DNA of 64,000 nt from Candidatus Moraniibacteriota bacterium. GTDB lineage: Bacteria > Patescibacteriota > Minisyncoccia > Moranbacterales > UBA2206. The DNA lies in the NCBI GenBank assembly GCA_003483065.1, contig DMWY01000007.1, forward strand, positions 10,452 through 74,451, in the 5' to 3' direction. Below the pieces are notes generated by a model, which saw only the letters and a program-made list of their open reading frames with translations, did no database searches and had not been told where the DNA came from. The translations under genes and the position numbers were made by a program. The stretch's first letter is position 1; each line of letters opens with the position of its first letter. Positions 19,385 to 29,080 of the stretch are shown here, one piece after another.

Positions 19385-20164
19385 TTAAAACAAAGTATTG
19401 GACTTTTTCTGCAAATTTTTCTCCACAACATCTACTGCTTTTCGATAGTTGCAAAAATCGCAATTCTTGTTTGGCTCTGGAATTTTTCCGTCCAAACATT
19501 TTTTGATTTCCAATAAAGTATTTTCCAACCAAGAATCATCGCCGGTATAGGGCAACAAATCAATATCGAATTCCAGTTTGGCGTCGAAAGCTTTTTTGTC
19601 AGTTCTTCCGTTGCAATAGACAAAATATCCAGTATTGGAAACATCCAAACCATTTTTTCGCAAGAGCCATTGGTATATTTCCATTTGTCGTTTATATCCA
19701 TCTTGCCAATCGGCATCCAATGATACTTTTGCATCTTTGCTTGTGGCCTTGTAGTCGACTACAATGATTTCTCCGTTCTCATCTTGCCACAAATCATCCA
19801 CGGCGCCCGTGATGATGAGATTAGTAGGTTTGTGATGAAACTGCACACCCTTGAAATTTTCTCGCCACTCATCCAGCATTTTGTGTTGAAATGGTACGGC
19901 TGAAAGTCCATAAGCTTTCATGAGTGGATGAGCAATCTTTTTGGCTCGATGAATGTCGAATTCTTTTTTCAAAAGTTTGTCTACTGCTGAATTTAAATTA
20001 AACGGAAATCCCGGTGGCTGGCCAATTCCCAGCCTTCGATCCAAATAGAAACATTTTGGACAATGCATAAAATTTTCAATTCTCGACCGAGACAACTTGA
20101 AAGCCTCCCCGCTTTTCGGATCATAGATATTTCTTGTTCTGTTGGCTTTATAATATTCGGACAT
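19385..20164 (-). CDS. PD-(D/E)XK nuclease family protein (Cas4/RecB-nuclease-like, Cys-containing)
   Basis: GAVDDLWQDENGEIIVVDYKAT gives motif II D and the E/DxK triad with the VDYK signature. Cys pairs sit at both ends (CPKC near the N-terminus, C..CDFC near the C-terminus), as in Cas4-type Fe-S nucleases. Confidence 0.6.
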   Translation of the reverse strand: MSEYYKANRTRNIYDPKSGEAFKLSRSRIENFMHCPKCFYLDRRLGIGQPPGFPFNLNSAVDKLLKKEFDIHRAKKIAHPLMKAYGLSAVPFQHKMLDEWRENFKGVQFHHKPTNLIITGAVDDLWQDENGEIIVVDYKATSKDAKVSLDADWQDGYKRQMEIYQWLLRKNGLDVSNTGYFVYCNGRTDKKAFDAKLEFDIDLLPYTGDDSWLENTLLEIKKCLDGKIPEPNKNCDFCNYRKAVDVVEKNLQKKSNTLF

Positions 20165-20265
20165 AAGAGTTGTTTTCTGTATAAGTAATTATATTATAAC
20201 CCCCATCCCTCAATAAATCAAAAACCGCCACGTAGGCGATTTTTAAGTTTTATAAGTTTTTTGGA

Positions 20266-20580
20266 TTATTCCAAATCTTTTTTAATCTTGTCGAAATCTT
20301 CTTTAGAAATTTCTCCTTTAGCGTAGCGTTCTTTGAGGATATTCAAAGCATTATTGGCTTTGATTTCATTTCCTTTGTGCTGTCCTCCACAACAACCACG
20401 ATGTCCATAATTTCCGCGAACTAAGGCATAAATTGCCCAAATAATCAGCCCCCAAAACACAATCATAACTATCCAACCAAATCCAAAACCCGAACCCATA
20501 TGCCCATAGTAATTCCACATAATATTTAAAAAATTAATTATTACAATAAATATTACGCTTAAATGCGGGAAATATTTCAA
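20266..20580 (-). CDS. SHOCT domain membrane protein
   Basis: TM helix, then [26 protein letters not shown], the SHOCT C-terminal consensus. Confidence 0.65.
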   Translation of the reverse strand: MKYFPHLSVIFIVIINFLNIMWNYYGHMGSGFGFGWIVMIVFWGLIIWAIYALVRGNYGHRGCCGGQHKGNEIKANNALNILKERYAKGEISKEDFDKIKKDLE

Positions 20581-20588
20581 ATAGCTAG

Positions 20589-21155
20589 CTAGGCAATTTC
20601 TCGAAGCAGTTCTTTTCGGCCGGTATCTTTCTTAGCGCTATAGGGAATAATCAGATGCGGACCAATCTTTTCTTGAATGTATTCAAATTGTTTTTTGTAA
20701 AGCGAAGGTTTTATTTTGTCTACCTTATTGGCTAAAATAACCACATTTTTTTTGTTCTTTTCTAAAAGTTCCAGCATTTCCAAATCAATTTCCTTGGGAC
20801 CCACGCTGGCGTCGATAATGAGCACTACTTTTTTTTGCTTGTATGTTGATTCGAACAGATAACCCCGAATTATTTTCTTGAGTTCCACTTGATTTTCTTT
20901 GGAAGTTTTGGCATAACCATATCCTGGTAAATCCAACAAATAAAAAGTATTGTTAATCAAGAATAAATTTATCTGCTGTGTGCGTCCTGGATGCGCACTA
21001 GTTCTGGCTAGTTTTTTTTGTCTTACTAGTGAATTAATCACGCTCGATTTTCCCACATTTGAGCGACCGATAAAAGCCACCTGCGGAAAAGTATTTTCCA
21101 AAGCTCTATCTGGCCCGATAATTCCTTTGACAAATTGAATTGATGTTATTTCCAT
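20589..21155 (-). CDS. engB: Ribosome biogenesis GTPase YsxC/EngB
   Basis: [17 protein letters not shown] (G1), DLPGYGYA (G3), NKVDK (G4). Confidence 0.9.
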   Translation of the reverse strand: MEITSIQFVKGIIGPDRALENTFPQVAFIGRSNVGKSSVINSLVRQKKLARTSAHPGRTQQINLFLINNTFYLLDLPGYGYAKTSKENQVELKKIIRGYLFESTYKQKKVVLIIDASVGPKEIDLEMLELLEKNKKNVVILANKVDKIKPSLYKKQFEYIQEKIGPHLIIPYSAKKDTGRKELLREIA

Positions 21156-21157
21156 AC

Positions 21158-21415
21158 TTATTTTTTATTATTTTTATTCTCCCACCGTTTTTTCACAAAT
21201 GACAAGGAAAGTGTAGAAAGAAGATAACCACCGGTTGGAACGCAAGCTTTTAGAAATGGTATACTTTCATTTATTATAATAAGCCAAAACAGAGCGATGA
21301 CATATGTCATACTTGCAACAGAAATTCGCCTCGTCCAACTGGTTTCCCACGCCTTATCATTCTCCACCTTTTTATTACGATCCTTTATTATTTCAATTTC
21401 TTTTTCAATATTCAT
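21158..21415 (-). CDS. Hypothetical small membrane protein
   Basis: 85 aa, two TM helices, directly upstream of engB on the same strand. Confidence 0.4.
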   Translation of the reverse strand: MNIEKEIEIIKDRNKKVENDKAWETSWTRRISVASMTYVIALFWLIIINESIPFLKACVPTGGYLLSTLSLSFVKKRWENKNNKK

Positions 21416-21498
21416 TTAATTTTTTAAATTATACTCTATATTTCAATTCTACTTTAAATACACACTAAGGTCAAAAACTAAAAACTCCGAGATTTTCA

Positions 21499-23319
21499 TT
21501 AAGAAATTATATTTTCTAATTTTTCTTTTCCCATAATGTGCAACTGCGATATAGCTCGGGTGAGCGCAACATAGAGAAGATCTCTATTGATTCTCTTCTT
21601 TTCTTCAATCAGTTCTTTTTGCACATTTTCATAAGAAATGAATGTGTTTTTCTCAATGCCTACAATAATAACAACATCAAACTCAACTCCCTGTGCTTCA
21701 TTCATTGTCATAATATGTATTTTTTCATTCTTAACGAAAGATTCTTTAAATTCTGACAAATATTCATTTTCCTTAGCCAAAATTCCAACACTGCTAAAAC
21801 TATCCTCTCCGATAATTTTTTTGATCTTTTCTATTTCTTGATCTTTCGTCTCTAGGATATATTCGCCAACTCCTATTCCCTCCTTGAGTTGCTCTGGTAT
21901 TTCAATATCATACCCAAGCTTTTTGATAAAAGACAAAATGTTTTTTGTATTTCGATAGACTTTTTCCAGCACAACTTTGCGATCTTGCTCCATTTTCTCC
22001 CCTATCTCTTCCCACTGGCGAATTGTTCCAAGCTTAACTTGCTGTGCCATATCTCCCACATAAACAATCGATTTACTTTTCTCACTAATGCAAGATTTTA
22101 TAAGTTTTAATTGTTCCGGTAGATAATTTTGAAACTCATCTACCACCGCCAAAGAATATTCCAATTGCAAAATTTCTCTCTTATTCTTTATTTTTCCATT
22201 ATTTTGTTGGACTCTATAATTTTTTGTCACGTTTAATTTTCCATTATTTCTAAGAAATATTTGAAGAAGTATGGCCAAATCGATTCTATCATAAGCCCTC
22301 TCTTTTTTTTGTCTTTGAAATAATATTTTTTGTTGTTCGTTAAATATCTTATTGTATATTTTTTCTAATATAGAAAAAGTATCCCCCTTGAAATATATAT
22401 TTTTTCCTAAATCTCTCAAGGCTTTTAATTTTTGAAATTCATATAAATCTTTTTCGTATTCCGTGTCGCCATATCTATCTATAAATTTACCGTCAATGTT
22501 TAATATTTCAAAAGCCCACTGCGAAAATGTAGTTATTAGAACATCATTAATGCCAAGTTCGGGCAAAAGATGCGAGAAATATTCTCGAGTTCCATTATCT
22601 TGAACAAACACAATGATTGATTTACTTGTATAAATATCCGATAAATCTGGCGATTGCGCAAGATAGGCCACTCGATGCAAAGCTAGGGTTGTTTTTCCAC
22701 TTCCAGCCGGGCCAGAGATAAGAAATGGTCCAATATGATACGCTCTGATAACTTGGTCTTGGGCTTTTTCCATTTGAGCAACAATTTCCGGAAGGATAAA
22801 GCCAGATTTTTGTGTAGAAAAATATTCTTCATACACTAATTCCCTTGAGGTATCAACTGATTCTGAAGATAAAAATTTAATTTTTTTATCCACAATCATA
22901 TATTGATCTTTTCTGAGAAGCTTGATAGTTTTAATTCCCCCATCAGGAAGCTTATATTGCACATCGCCCGGTTTTTCAAAGCGCATTACTGAAGCGGGAG
23001 CAATCCAAGAATAAATTGATTCTTGATCAAAACCAAACTTAGCGAAATAGACGCTGGTTTCTTTTTCGTCGATATCAAATATCACATCACATCGCACAAA
23101 ATATGGAGAGCCTTCTAAGTGCTTCAGTTCGTCAACTCTTTTTTGGTTATAACTAATTATCCCTCGTTCTACCATTTTTTCTCCATAAGAAAGACCATTA
23201 AATTTTTCTTCACTTATTTTCAGCGTTTTTTTGGTTTCGCTTAAGCCTTTTTTGATGCTAATGCAAACACTCGCCAAATGAGCCCTGGCTTGGGACAAGA
23301 TTTTTTCTTTGTTGATCAT
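21499..23319 (-). CDS. UvrD/HelD-like superfamily-1 DNA helicase
   Basis: Walker A GPAGSGKTT; VVDEFQN (motif II variant); VGDMAQQ (motif III); MTMNEAQGVEFD and LYVALTRA (motifs V/VI); roughly 200-aa HelD-like N-terminal domain. Confidence 0.75.
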   Translation of the reverse strand: MINKEKILSQARAHLASVCISIKKGLSETKKTLKISEEKFNGLSYGEKMVERGIISYNQKRVDELKHLEGSPYFVRCDVIFDIDEKETSVYFAKFGFDQESIYSWIAPASVMRFEKPGDVQYKLPDGGIKTIKLLRKDQYMIVDKKIKFLSSESVDTSRELVYEEYFSTQKSGFILPEIVAQMEKAQDQVIRAYHIGPFLISGPAGSGKTTLALHRVAYLAQSPDLSDIYTSKSIIVFVQDNGTREYFSHLLPELGINDVLITTFSQWAFEILNIDGKFIDRYGDTEYEKDLYEFQKLKALRDLGKNIYFKGDTFSILEKIYNKIFNEQQKILFQRQKKERAYDRIDLAILLQIFLRNNGKLNVTKNYRVQQNNGKIKNKREILQLEYSLAVVDEFQNYLPEQLKLIKSCISEKSKSIVYVGDMAQQVKLGTIRQWEEIGEKMEQDRKVVLEKVYRNTKNILSFIKKLGYDIEIPEQLKEGIGVGEYILETKDQEIEKIKKIIGEDSFSSVGILAKENEYLSEFKESFVKNEKIHIMTMNEAQGVEFDVVIIVGIEKNTFISYENVQKELIEEKKRINRDLLYVALTRAISQLHIMGKEKLENIIS

Positions 23320-23485
23320 AATATTAAAAAAACGACTTATATTATAAACTGGGAAATTTGCATTTTAGATACAATTCGTCCCTGCTTATGTTATTAAGTC
23401 GATTTCTGAAAAAGAAGTATTTTTGAAGTCGTAAAGTATTGTAATATTCCTATAATAACACATTAAAATATTTTGTCAAATTTTC

Positions 23486-23521
23486 AAAACTCCGAGATTT
23501 TCATCTCGGAGTTTTTCTTCT
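23486..23521. terminator. Intrinsic terminator hairpin (aaactccgagat tttc atctcggagttt) with a T-tract
   Basis: 12-bp stem followed by a T-tract, lying between the helicase start and murF end. Its left half is duplicated at 21481-21499 (see findings). Confidence 0.6.
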
Positions 23522-23695
23522 TTAATCGGATTGCCTCCCCCGAATAAATCCGAATATTCAAACTTGCCAAATTTCTTGCCCCATACCAATTCTTAGCCAG
23601 AACCTATTATAATTTTAGACTAAGCCGTAGGCGATTCCGTGGCAAAAATTATACACTAAACAAAATATACTTCGGAATTGGTGCGGAGTTCTAAT

Positions 23696-25054
23696 TTAAA
23701 TTTTCTTCCACGGGATACTTTTCCAGGCCGAACTTTGCCGGCAAAGAAGCTCGTCTGATTTTTGTGGCTCGGCCATTATTTCTTCTACCACTTTTTCCAT
23801 TCGCATTCCTTGTGAACCTTTTATCAAAATCAAATCTCCCGACTGAATTATTTCGCGTAATTTTTTCCCAGCGCCCATCGGATCAGAAAAAACAAAAAGT
23901 CTTTCTGGACTGATATTTCTTTTTTTGAGTTCTTCTACGGCAAACTGCATTCTTTCCCCGACTGCAAAGAAAATTCCATCTTTAATTTCCAAAAATTTCT
24001 TGGCCACATCCTTGTGTCCTAACTCCACTTCTTCGCCAAGCTCTAGCATATCCCCCATCACGGCGATTTTTCTAGACGAGTTAATATCTTTCAAAACATC
24101 CAGCGCAGAAATAGCAGAAATAGGAGAAGAATTATACGTATCATCAATTATCGAAGTATTTTTGATGCCGGAAATCAAATTCATTCGGCCAGTCGGCATA
24201 GAAAAATTTTCAAGCGCTCCCGCAATTTCCACTAAATTAAGCTTAAACGCCAAGCCGATAGCAATTGCACTTAACGCCGCATAAATACTATGCTTAGCTA
24301 AAATATTGTTGAGTCGAACTGGAATGCTTGTGCCTTTGTAGTTGAGTTTGAAAGAAAGACCTTTTATTTCTTTGGCGTCACCAAATTGCGCAAAAGAATA
24401 ATTATATAAAACGTCAGTCGCTTGAATTTCTGCCTCCTGCGAAAAACCAAAAGTTAAAAAATTTATATCATCTCTCTTGTTTTGACTGGCTAATTTTTTG
24501 AGCTTTGGATTATCTAAATTTATCGCTGCAAAGCCCTTAGGTGCTAAATTATCCACCAGTGTCCATTTTTCACTAGCAATCTTGTCAATAGTTTTGAAAT
24601 ATTCCAAATGACTGCCGGAAATTTCTGTGATGACTGACGCTTCGCACGGGATAAAACTAGTTAGATATCCAATGTCTCCCGGCCGATCAGCCCCCATTTC
24701 TAAAATCAAAATTTCCGGATACCTCAGAGGCAATATGAAAAAAGCTAGCCACCTAAAAGATACTCCTAGCCATTTCCAAAATGATCTCTCCCCGCTTTCA
24801 GCGCCGATTATCGTGAGTGGCAAACCAATTTCATTGTTATAATTTTTCTCTGTTTTTCTCACGCGAAAATGATTAGAGAGCACTGCATAAATTGCTTCCT
24901 TTGAAGAAGTTTTGCCCACTGACCCGGTAATGCCAATGATCCGCGGTTTATATTTTTTTAGCATCAAAATCGCCATGACACGCAAGGTTTTTTCCAGCAG
25001 TATTATTTTTTTAGATTTATGGTTTTGACTATTCATCTTTTTTTTCTTTATCAT
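23696..25054 (-). CDS. murF: UDP-N-acetylmuramoyl-tripeptide--D-alanyl-D-alanine ligase MurF (short N-terminus)
   Basis: IIGITGSVGKTSSKEAI (Mur ligase P-loop), central and C-terminal Mur ligase domains; end of the dcw cluster. Confidence 0.85.
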   Translation of the reverse strand: MIKKKKMNSQNHKSKKIILLEKTLRVMAILMLKKYKPRIIGITGSVGKTSSKEAIYAVLSNHFRVRKTEKNYNNEIGLPLTIIGAESGERSFWKWLGVSFRWLAFFILPLRYPEILILEMGADRPGDIGYLTSFIPCEASVITEISGSHLEYFKTIDKIASEKWTLVDNLAPKGFAAINLDNPKLKKLASQNKRDDINFLTFGFSQEAEIQATDVLYNYSFAQFGDAKEIKGLSFKLNYKGTSIPVRLNNILAKHSIYAALSAIAIGLAFKLNLVEIAGALENFSMPTGRMNLISGIKNTSIIDDTYNSSPISAISALDVLKDINSSRKIAVMGDMLELGEEVELGHKDVAKKFLEIKDGIFFAVGERMQFAVEELKKRNISPERLFVFSDPMGAGKKLREIIQSGDLILIKGSQGMRMEKVVEEIMAEPQKSDELLCRQSSAWKSIPWKKI

Positions 25055-26906
25055 TCTCTTTTTCCTCTTGTTCTTTTTTATCTCTTATATTATCGATAAA
25101 ATATTCATTTAGTGTGTGTGTTTGGCGAAAAGCATTCAGGTCGGCATCAGTAAATTCTTCTGTCGGTTTGATATTCTTATAATCCAACAAAAATTTCATC
25201 AATTCTCCAAAAGTCGGCGCCGCACTAGATTCTGCCCATTCCACCGTTTTTGGATCATCCATTCGAACGATAATGGTGAATTGTGGATTATCAATTGGAG
25301 CAAATCCGGCAAATGACCCAATATTCTTTCCGTCTTCATAGCCTTTTTTTTCTGTGCTGGCTACTTGGGCGGTACCGGTTTTTCCTCCCACCTTATATCC
25401 CGGAACTCCAGCTCTTTTTCCATGCCCATTAATCACCACACTTTCTAGCATTTGCGAAACTTGATTGGCAGTTGATTGAGAAATAACTTTTCTAATTTCT
25501 TGAGGTGCAATTTCTTCTACTCTTCCATCACTATGAATTATTTTGTCTACAATTTGAGGCTTCATCAGAGTTCCGCCGTTGGCAATAGCGTTATAAGCAT
25601 TGGCTAGTTGAATTGGCGTCACCGTTATCCCTTGTCCAAAAGATATCGTGAAAAAATTTATATCCGCTTTCTTGTTTTTTAAGTTAGCGATATTACCAGC
25701 GCTTTCTCCTGGAAGTTCAATACCGGTTGTTTCTCCAAAACCGAATCTTTTTATATAATCCGCAAAATTAGCATTTCCTAAAAGTTTTTCCGCGTGTATC
25801 ACGCCAGTATTTAGTGAATTTTCCAAAACTTGTGTCATCGTTTGTTTGCCATAAGCTTTCAAATCGGAATTTCTCATAGTATATCCCGCTTCTTTCACCG
25901 CACCAGTATCGATGTATGACGTCTGCGGAGAAATTTTTCCATCGTCAATTGCTGAAGCTAATGTGAAAGTTTTGAAAACGCTACCTGATTCATATGCATC
26001 ACTCACTGCGATATTTCTAAAATTTTCCAGCTCGGCATCTTTATAATTATTCGGATCAAAAGAAGGATAGCTGGCAAGGGCAAGAATTTTTCCCGTCGGC
26101 GGATCCATGACTATTATCGTGCCCCTATCGGCTTGGAATTTTTGCACTGCGCTTTTGAGAATTTTTTCTGTTTGATACTGAATAATACGATCGATCGTGA
26201 GAACCAAATCATCTCCGTTTTGTGCATGCGTTAATTCTTTTTTGCCAGTTGGAATCCAACGCCCAGAGTTGTCCTTATTTTGGAAAAGTTTTCCTTCTTG
26301 ACCGATAAGCTCTTTGTCAAAATAATTTTCAATGCCATAGCGTCCACCAAAGGTTTCCCCTCTCCAACCCACAAAACCTAAAACTTGCGCAGACAATTCC
26401 CCTCCGGGATAATAACGGAAACTTTCGTCTGATAAATGCACTCCTTCCAGTTTTAAATTATTTAAATTTACTATTTCTTCATCACTCAAACGATGTTTCA
26501 AAACTTCATACATGTCATCTGCTTTCCCAAGCTTTTCTCGAAGTTCTGTTTCATCTAGTCCTAATGTTCGGGATAAAACTTCCGCTACATTTTTTGGATC
26601 ATCCATTTCTCGCGGAACAGCAAAAGCCAGTTTAGTACTCTTATTCACCGCGACAGGATAGTCCCCATCCTTATCTCTCAAAAATATTTCTCCGCGTTCT
26701 GGAATCAAATTGGAAAAAATAGAATGCTGTCCCTGGGCTAACGCCGTATAATAATCACGAGAAAGTATTTGTAAATTATAGAGCCGAAAAATTATCGAGA
26801 AAGCAAAAATAGAAATCAGTAAAAATAATATATAGATTCTCGAATCGGAATATTTTTTTATTTTACATTTTCCACTTCTCGAATCTTTAGAAACTATATT
26901 TGCCAT
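25029..26906 (-). CDS. ftsI: Peptidoglycan D,D-transpeptidase FtsI / PBP2
   Basis: SxxK (SGSVFKTF), an SxN-like motif and KTGTA (VGGKTGTAQ); N-terminal TM and PBP dimerisation domain. Confidence 0.9.
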   Translation of the reverse strand: MANIVSKDSRSGKCKIKKYSDSRIYILFLLISIFAFSIIFRLYNLQILSRDYYTALAQGQHSIFSNLIPERGEIFLRDKDGDYPVAVNKSTKLAFAVPREMDDPKNVAEVLSRTLGLDETELREKLGKADDMYEVLKHRLSDEEIVNLNNLKLEGVHLSDESFRYYPGGELSAQVLGFVGWRGETFGGRYGIENYFDKELIGQEGKLFQNKDNSGRWIPTGKKELTHAQNGDDLVLTIDRIIQYQTEKILKSAVQKFQADRGTIIVMDPPTGKILALASYPSFDPNNYKDAELENFRNIAVSDAYESGSVFKTFTLASAIDDGKISPQTSYIDTGAVKEAGYTMRNSDLKAYGKQTMTQVLENSLNTGVIHAEKLLGNANFADYIKRFGFGETTGIELPGESAGNIANLKNKKADINFFTISFGQGITVTPIQLANAYNAIANGGTLMKPQIVDKIIHSDGRVEEIAPQEIRKVISQSTANQVSQMLESVVINGHGKRAGVPGYKVGGKTGTAQVASTEKKGYEDGKNIGSFAGFAPIDNPQFTIIVRMDDPKTVEWAESSAAPTFGELMKFLLDYKNIKPTEEFTDADLNAFRQTHTLNEYFIDNIRDKKEQEEKENDKEKKDE

Positions 26907-26910
26907 AATA

Positions 26911-27327
26911 TTATTTCATTGCTACCGGACCCTTGAGACTTACGAAAGTCGAACCTTTAGAACTGACTAGATTCAAATCTTCGGCCGCTTTTTCGATATT
27001 TTGCATTGATTTCAATTCTACTTCCTGAATTTTGTTTTTTTCATTGTCGGCTTTGAGTTTTTTGATCTGATTTTCAATGTCTCTAATTTCATAACCCTTG
27101 GTCGCCAAGTCATTAACTTGGTAGAGATAAAAGGAACCAAACATGAACACCATAAAAACCAAAAGTACCATCACTGATTTCGGACTAAATGTCACACTGC
27201 CTCGGCAATTTTGGGAAACAGCTCGTTTTGCCATCGCATTTTCTCGCATGCTAAAAACCGAGCAATTCAATGATGCGCCTCCTATTCTCTTGCGAGCATT
27301 TCTATTGATGGTTAAAACTCTCGACAT
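26911..27327 (-). CDS. ftsL: Cell division protein FtsL-like
   Basis: Single TM (VMVLLVFMVFMFGSFYLY) then a coiled coil, positioned between rsmH and ftsI. Start is uncertain; internal Mets at 27249 and 27234 are possible. Confidence 0.55.
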   Translation of the reverse strand: MSRVLTINRNARKRIGGASLNCSVFSMRENAMAKRAVSQNCRGSVTFSPKSVMVLLVFMVFMFGSFYLYQVNDLATKGYEIRDIENQIKKLKADNEKNKIQEVELKSMQNIEKAAEDLNLVSSKGSTFVSLKGPVAMK

Positions 27328-27374
27328 TAAATTTCAGTCCCCCTGAAAATTAATATTTAATTGTTTATTTGTTT

Positions 27375-28289
27375 TTACGATTTTTCACACACTCGAAGTT
27401 TGGCGCTTCTTGATTTTGGATTATCGCTAACTTCCAAATCAGTTGGCGCGATTGGCTTTCTCGTGATGATTGCAACCTTCGGTTTCTTTCCACAAGCACA
27501 CTGCGGAAAGTCCGGTGGGCAAATGCATCCCCTAGCATTTTCCCGAAATATATTCTTAACTATTCTATCTTCTAATGAATGAAACGAAATTATCGCAAGC
27601 CTCCCTCCTAAATTCAATCTTTCAATTGCTTGCGGGATAAACTTTTCCAAATTCGCAAGTTCCTGATTAACTTCAATTCGCAGAGCCTGAAAAGTTTTGG
27701 TGGCCAAATTCATTTTGGTGTGTCTGAATCTTTCCGGAATGGCTTTTTGCACAATCCCCGCCAATTCCTTGGTCGTTTCTATTTTCTTCTCTTTTCTATA
27801 TTCAATAATTCTCTTAGTAATAATTTTCCAAAATTTTTCTTCGCCATAATCTCTGATTATTCTTTCCAATTCTCTTTGTTCATATTCATTGACTATTTCT
27901 TTCGCTGAAACTTCTTGACTTTCAGAAAGTCGCATGTCCAATTGTTCATCTTCCTGAAAACTCATTCCTTTGCCGACAAGTTGATCGCTCGACCAACCTA
28001 GATCAGCTAAAATTGCATCAACTTTTTCTATTTTCAAATCCTCTAAAATATTTTCTAAATTCTCAAAATTATCATTAACCAAAACTGCTCTCTCATTATT
28101 TTTCAAATCTGATTCTTTAATTGCTTTTTCATCCGCGTCAATCCCGATTAATTTTCCTTTTTCAATTATTTTCAAAATTTCTTTCGAATGACCGCCACCG
28201 CCAAAGGTAGCATCAACCACGACAGAATCATTTTTTAAATTCAAGCTTTCAATTGTCTCTTTTAGTAAAACTGATTTATGAATACTCAT
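27375..28289 (-). CDS. rsmH: 16S rRNA (cytosine1402-N4)-methyltransferase RsmH (MraW)
   Basis: HKSVLLKETIESL...VVDATFGGGGHS. Confidence 0.9.
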   Translation of the reverse strand: MSIHKSVLLKETIESLNLKNDSVVVDATFGGGGHSKEILKIIEKGKLIGIDADEKAIKESDLKNNERAVLVNDNFENLENILEDLKIEKVDAILADLGWSSDQLVGKGMSFQEDEQLDMRLSESQEVSAKEIVNEYEQRELERIIRDYGEEKFWKIITKRIIEYRKEKKIETTKELAGIVQKAIPERFRHTKMNLATKTFQALRIEVNQELANLEKFIPQAIERLNLGGRLAIISFHSLEDRIVKNIFRENARGCICPPDFPQCACGKKPKVAIITRKPIAPTDLEVSDNPKSRSAKLRVCEKS

Positions 28290-28400
28290 CTGAAAAATTT
28301 TAAAGTCTAAATTTTAAATTTAAAATGAAATCTAAATGATTAAATTTTTAATTTGTCATTTAGTAACTTAAAATTGATTTATAATTTATAATTTAGCCTT

Positions 28401-28835
28401 CTAGTAAACTCCCAACTTTCCTAATTGTTCTGCCACTTCATCAGTGTTTTTTTCTGCGTTATTTTTATATTCTTCCCATTTCTTTTCATCCCAAATTTCC
28501 AGTCGGTTATACACTCCCGCGATGATGACATTTTTGTCGAGATCAGCATAACTTTTCAAAAAATCTGGAATCAAAATCCTTCCTTGTTTATCAATTTCAC
28601 AATCCACAGCTCCTGCTAGCATTGATCTGACAAAACTTCGCGTGGATGATTCTCCAATTGGTAGTGTTCCGAGTTTTTCAGCCAGCTCTTGCCAAACTTT
28701 CATTGGGTAGATAATGAGACATTTATCCAAGCCTTTCGTCACAACTATTTTATTTTTCAAATCATTGCGAAATTTGCTTGGAACCGCCAATCTTTTCTTC
28801 GGATCAATAGAATGTTGGTATTCTCCAATAAACAA
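28401..28835 (-). CDS. mraZ: Transcriptional regulator MraZ
   Basis: MFIGEYQHSIDPKKRLAVPSKFR and the duplicated MraZ/AbrB-like domain; apparent TTG start codon. Confidence 0.9.
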   Translation of the reverse strand: MFIGEYQHSIDPKKRLAVPSKFRNDLKNKIVVTKGLDKCLIIYPMKVWQELAEKLGTLPIGESSTRSFVRSMLAGAVDCEIDKQGRILIPDFLKSYADLDKNVIIAGVYNRLEIWDEKKWEEYKNNAEKNTDEVAEQLGKLGVY

Positions 28836-28843
28836 AATTAGTT

Positions 28844-28913
28844 TATAAAGTTTATAAAGTTAGCAAGCTTATAAAGTATCGCCTAATAACTTTATAACCT
28901 TAAAAACTTTATA
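28844..28913. promoter_or_regulatory. Array of five TATAAAG heptamers (three direct, two inverted) upstream of mraZ; candidate MraZ operator or dcw promoter
   Basis: TATAAAG at 28844, 28853 and 28870; the complement CTTTATA at 28890 and 28907; spacings of 9 and 17 nt; begins 9 nt upstream of the mraZ start. Confidence 0.4.
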
Positions 28914-29080
28914 ACTTTCTAACTTAATAATTCCCCACTATTCCACACTTTTATATACTGCAAATCTATTTTACCCCACCACGCTTCATTGGTCAACACT
29001 TTTTTTCCATCTTTAAAACAATAAAAAAACGCCCATTTTAGGCGCTTTCTGAAAAAGTTATGCACAGGCTGTCCCCAATA

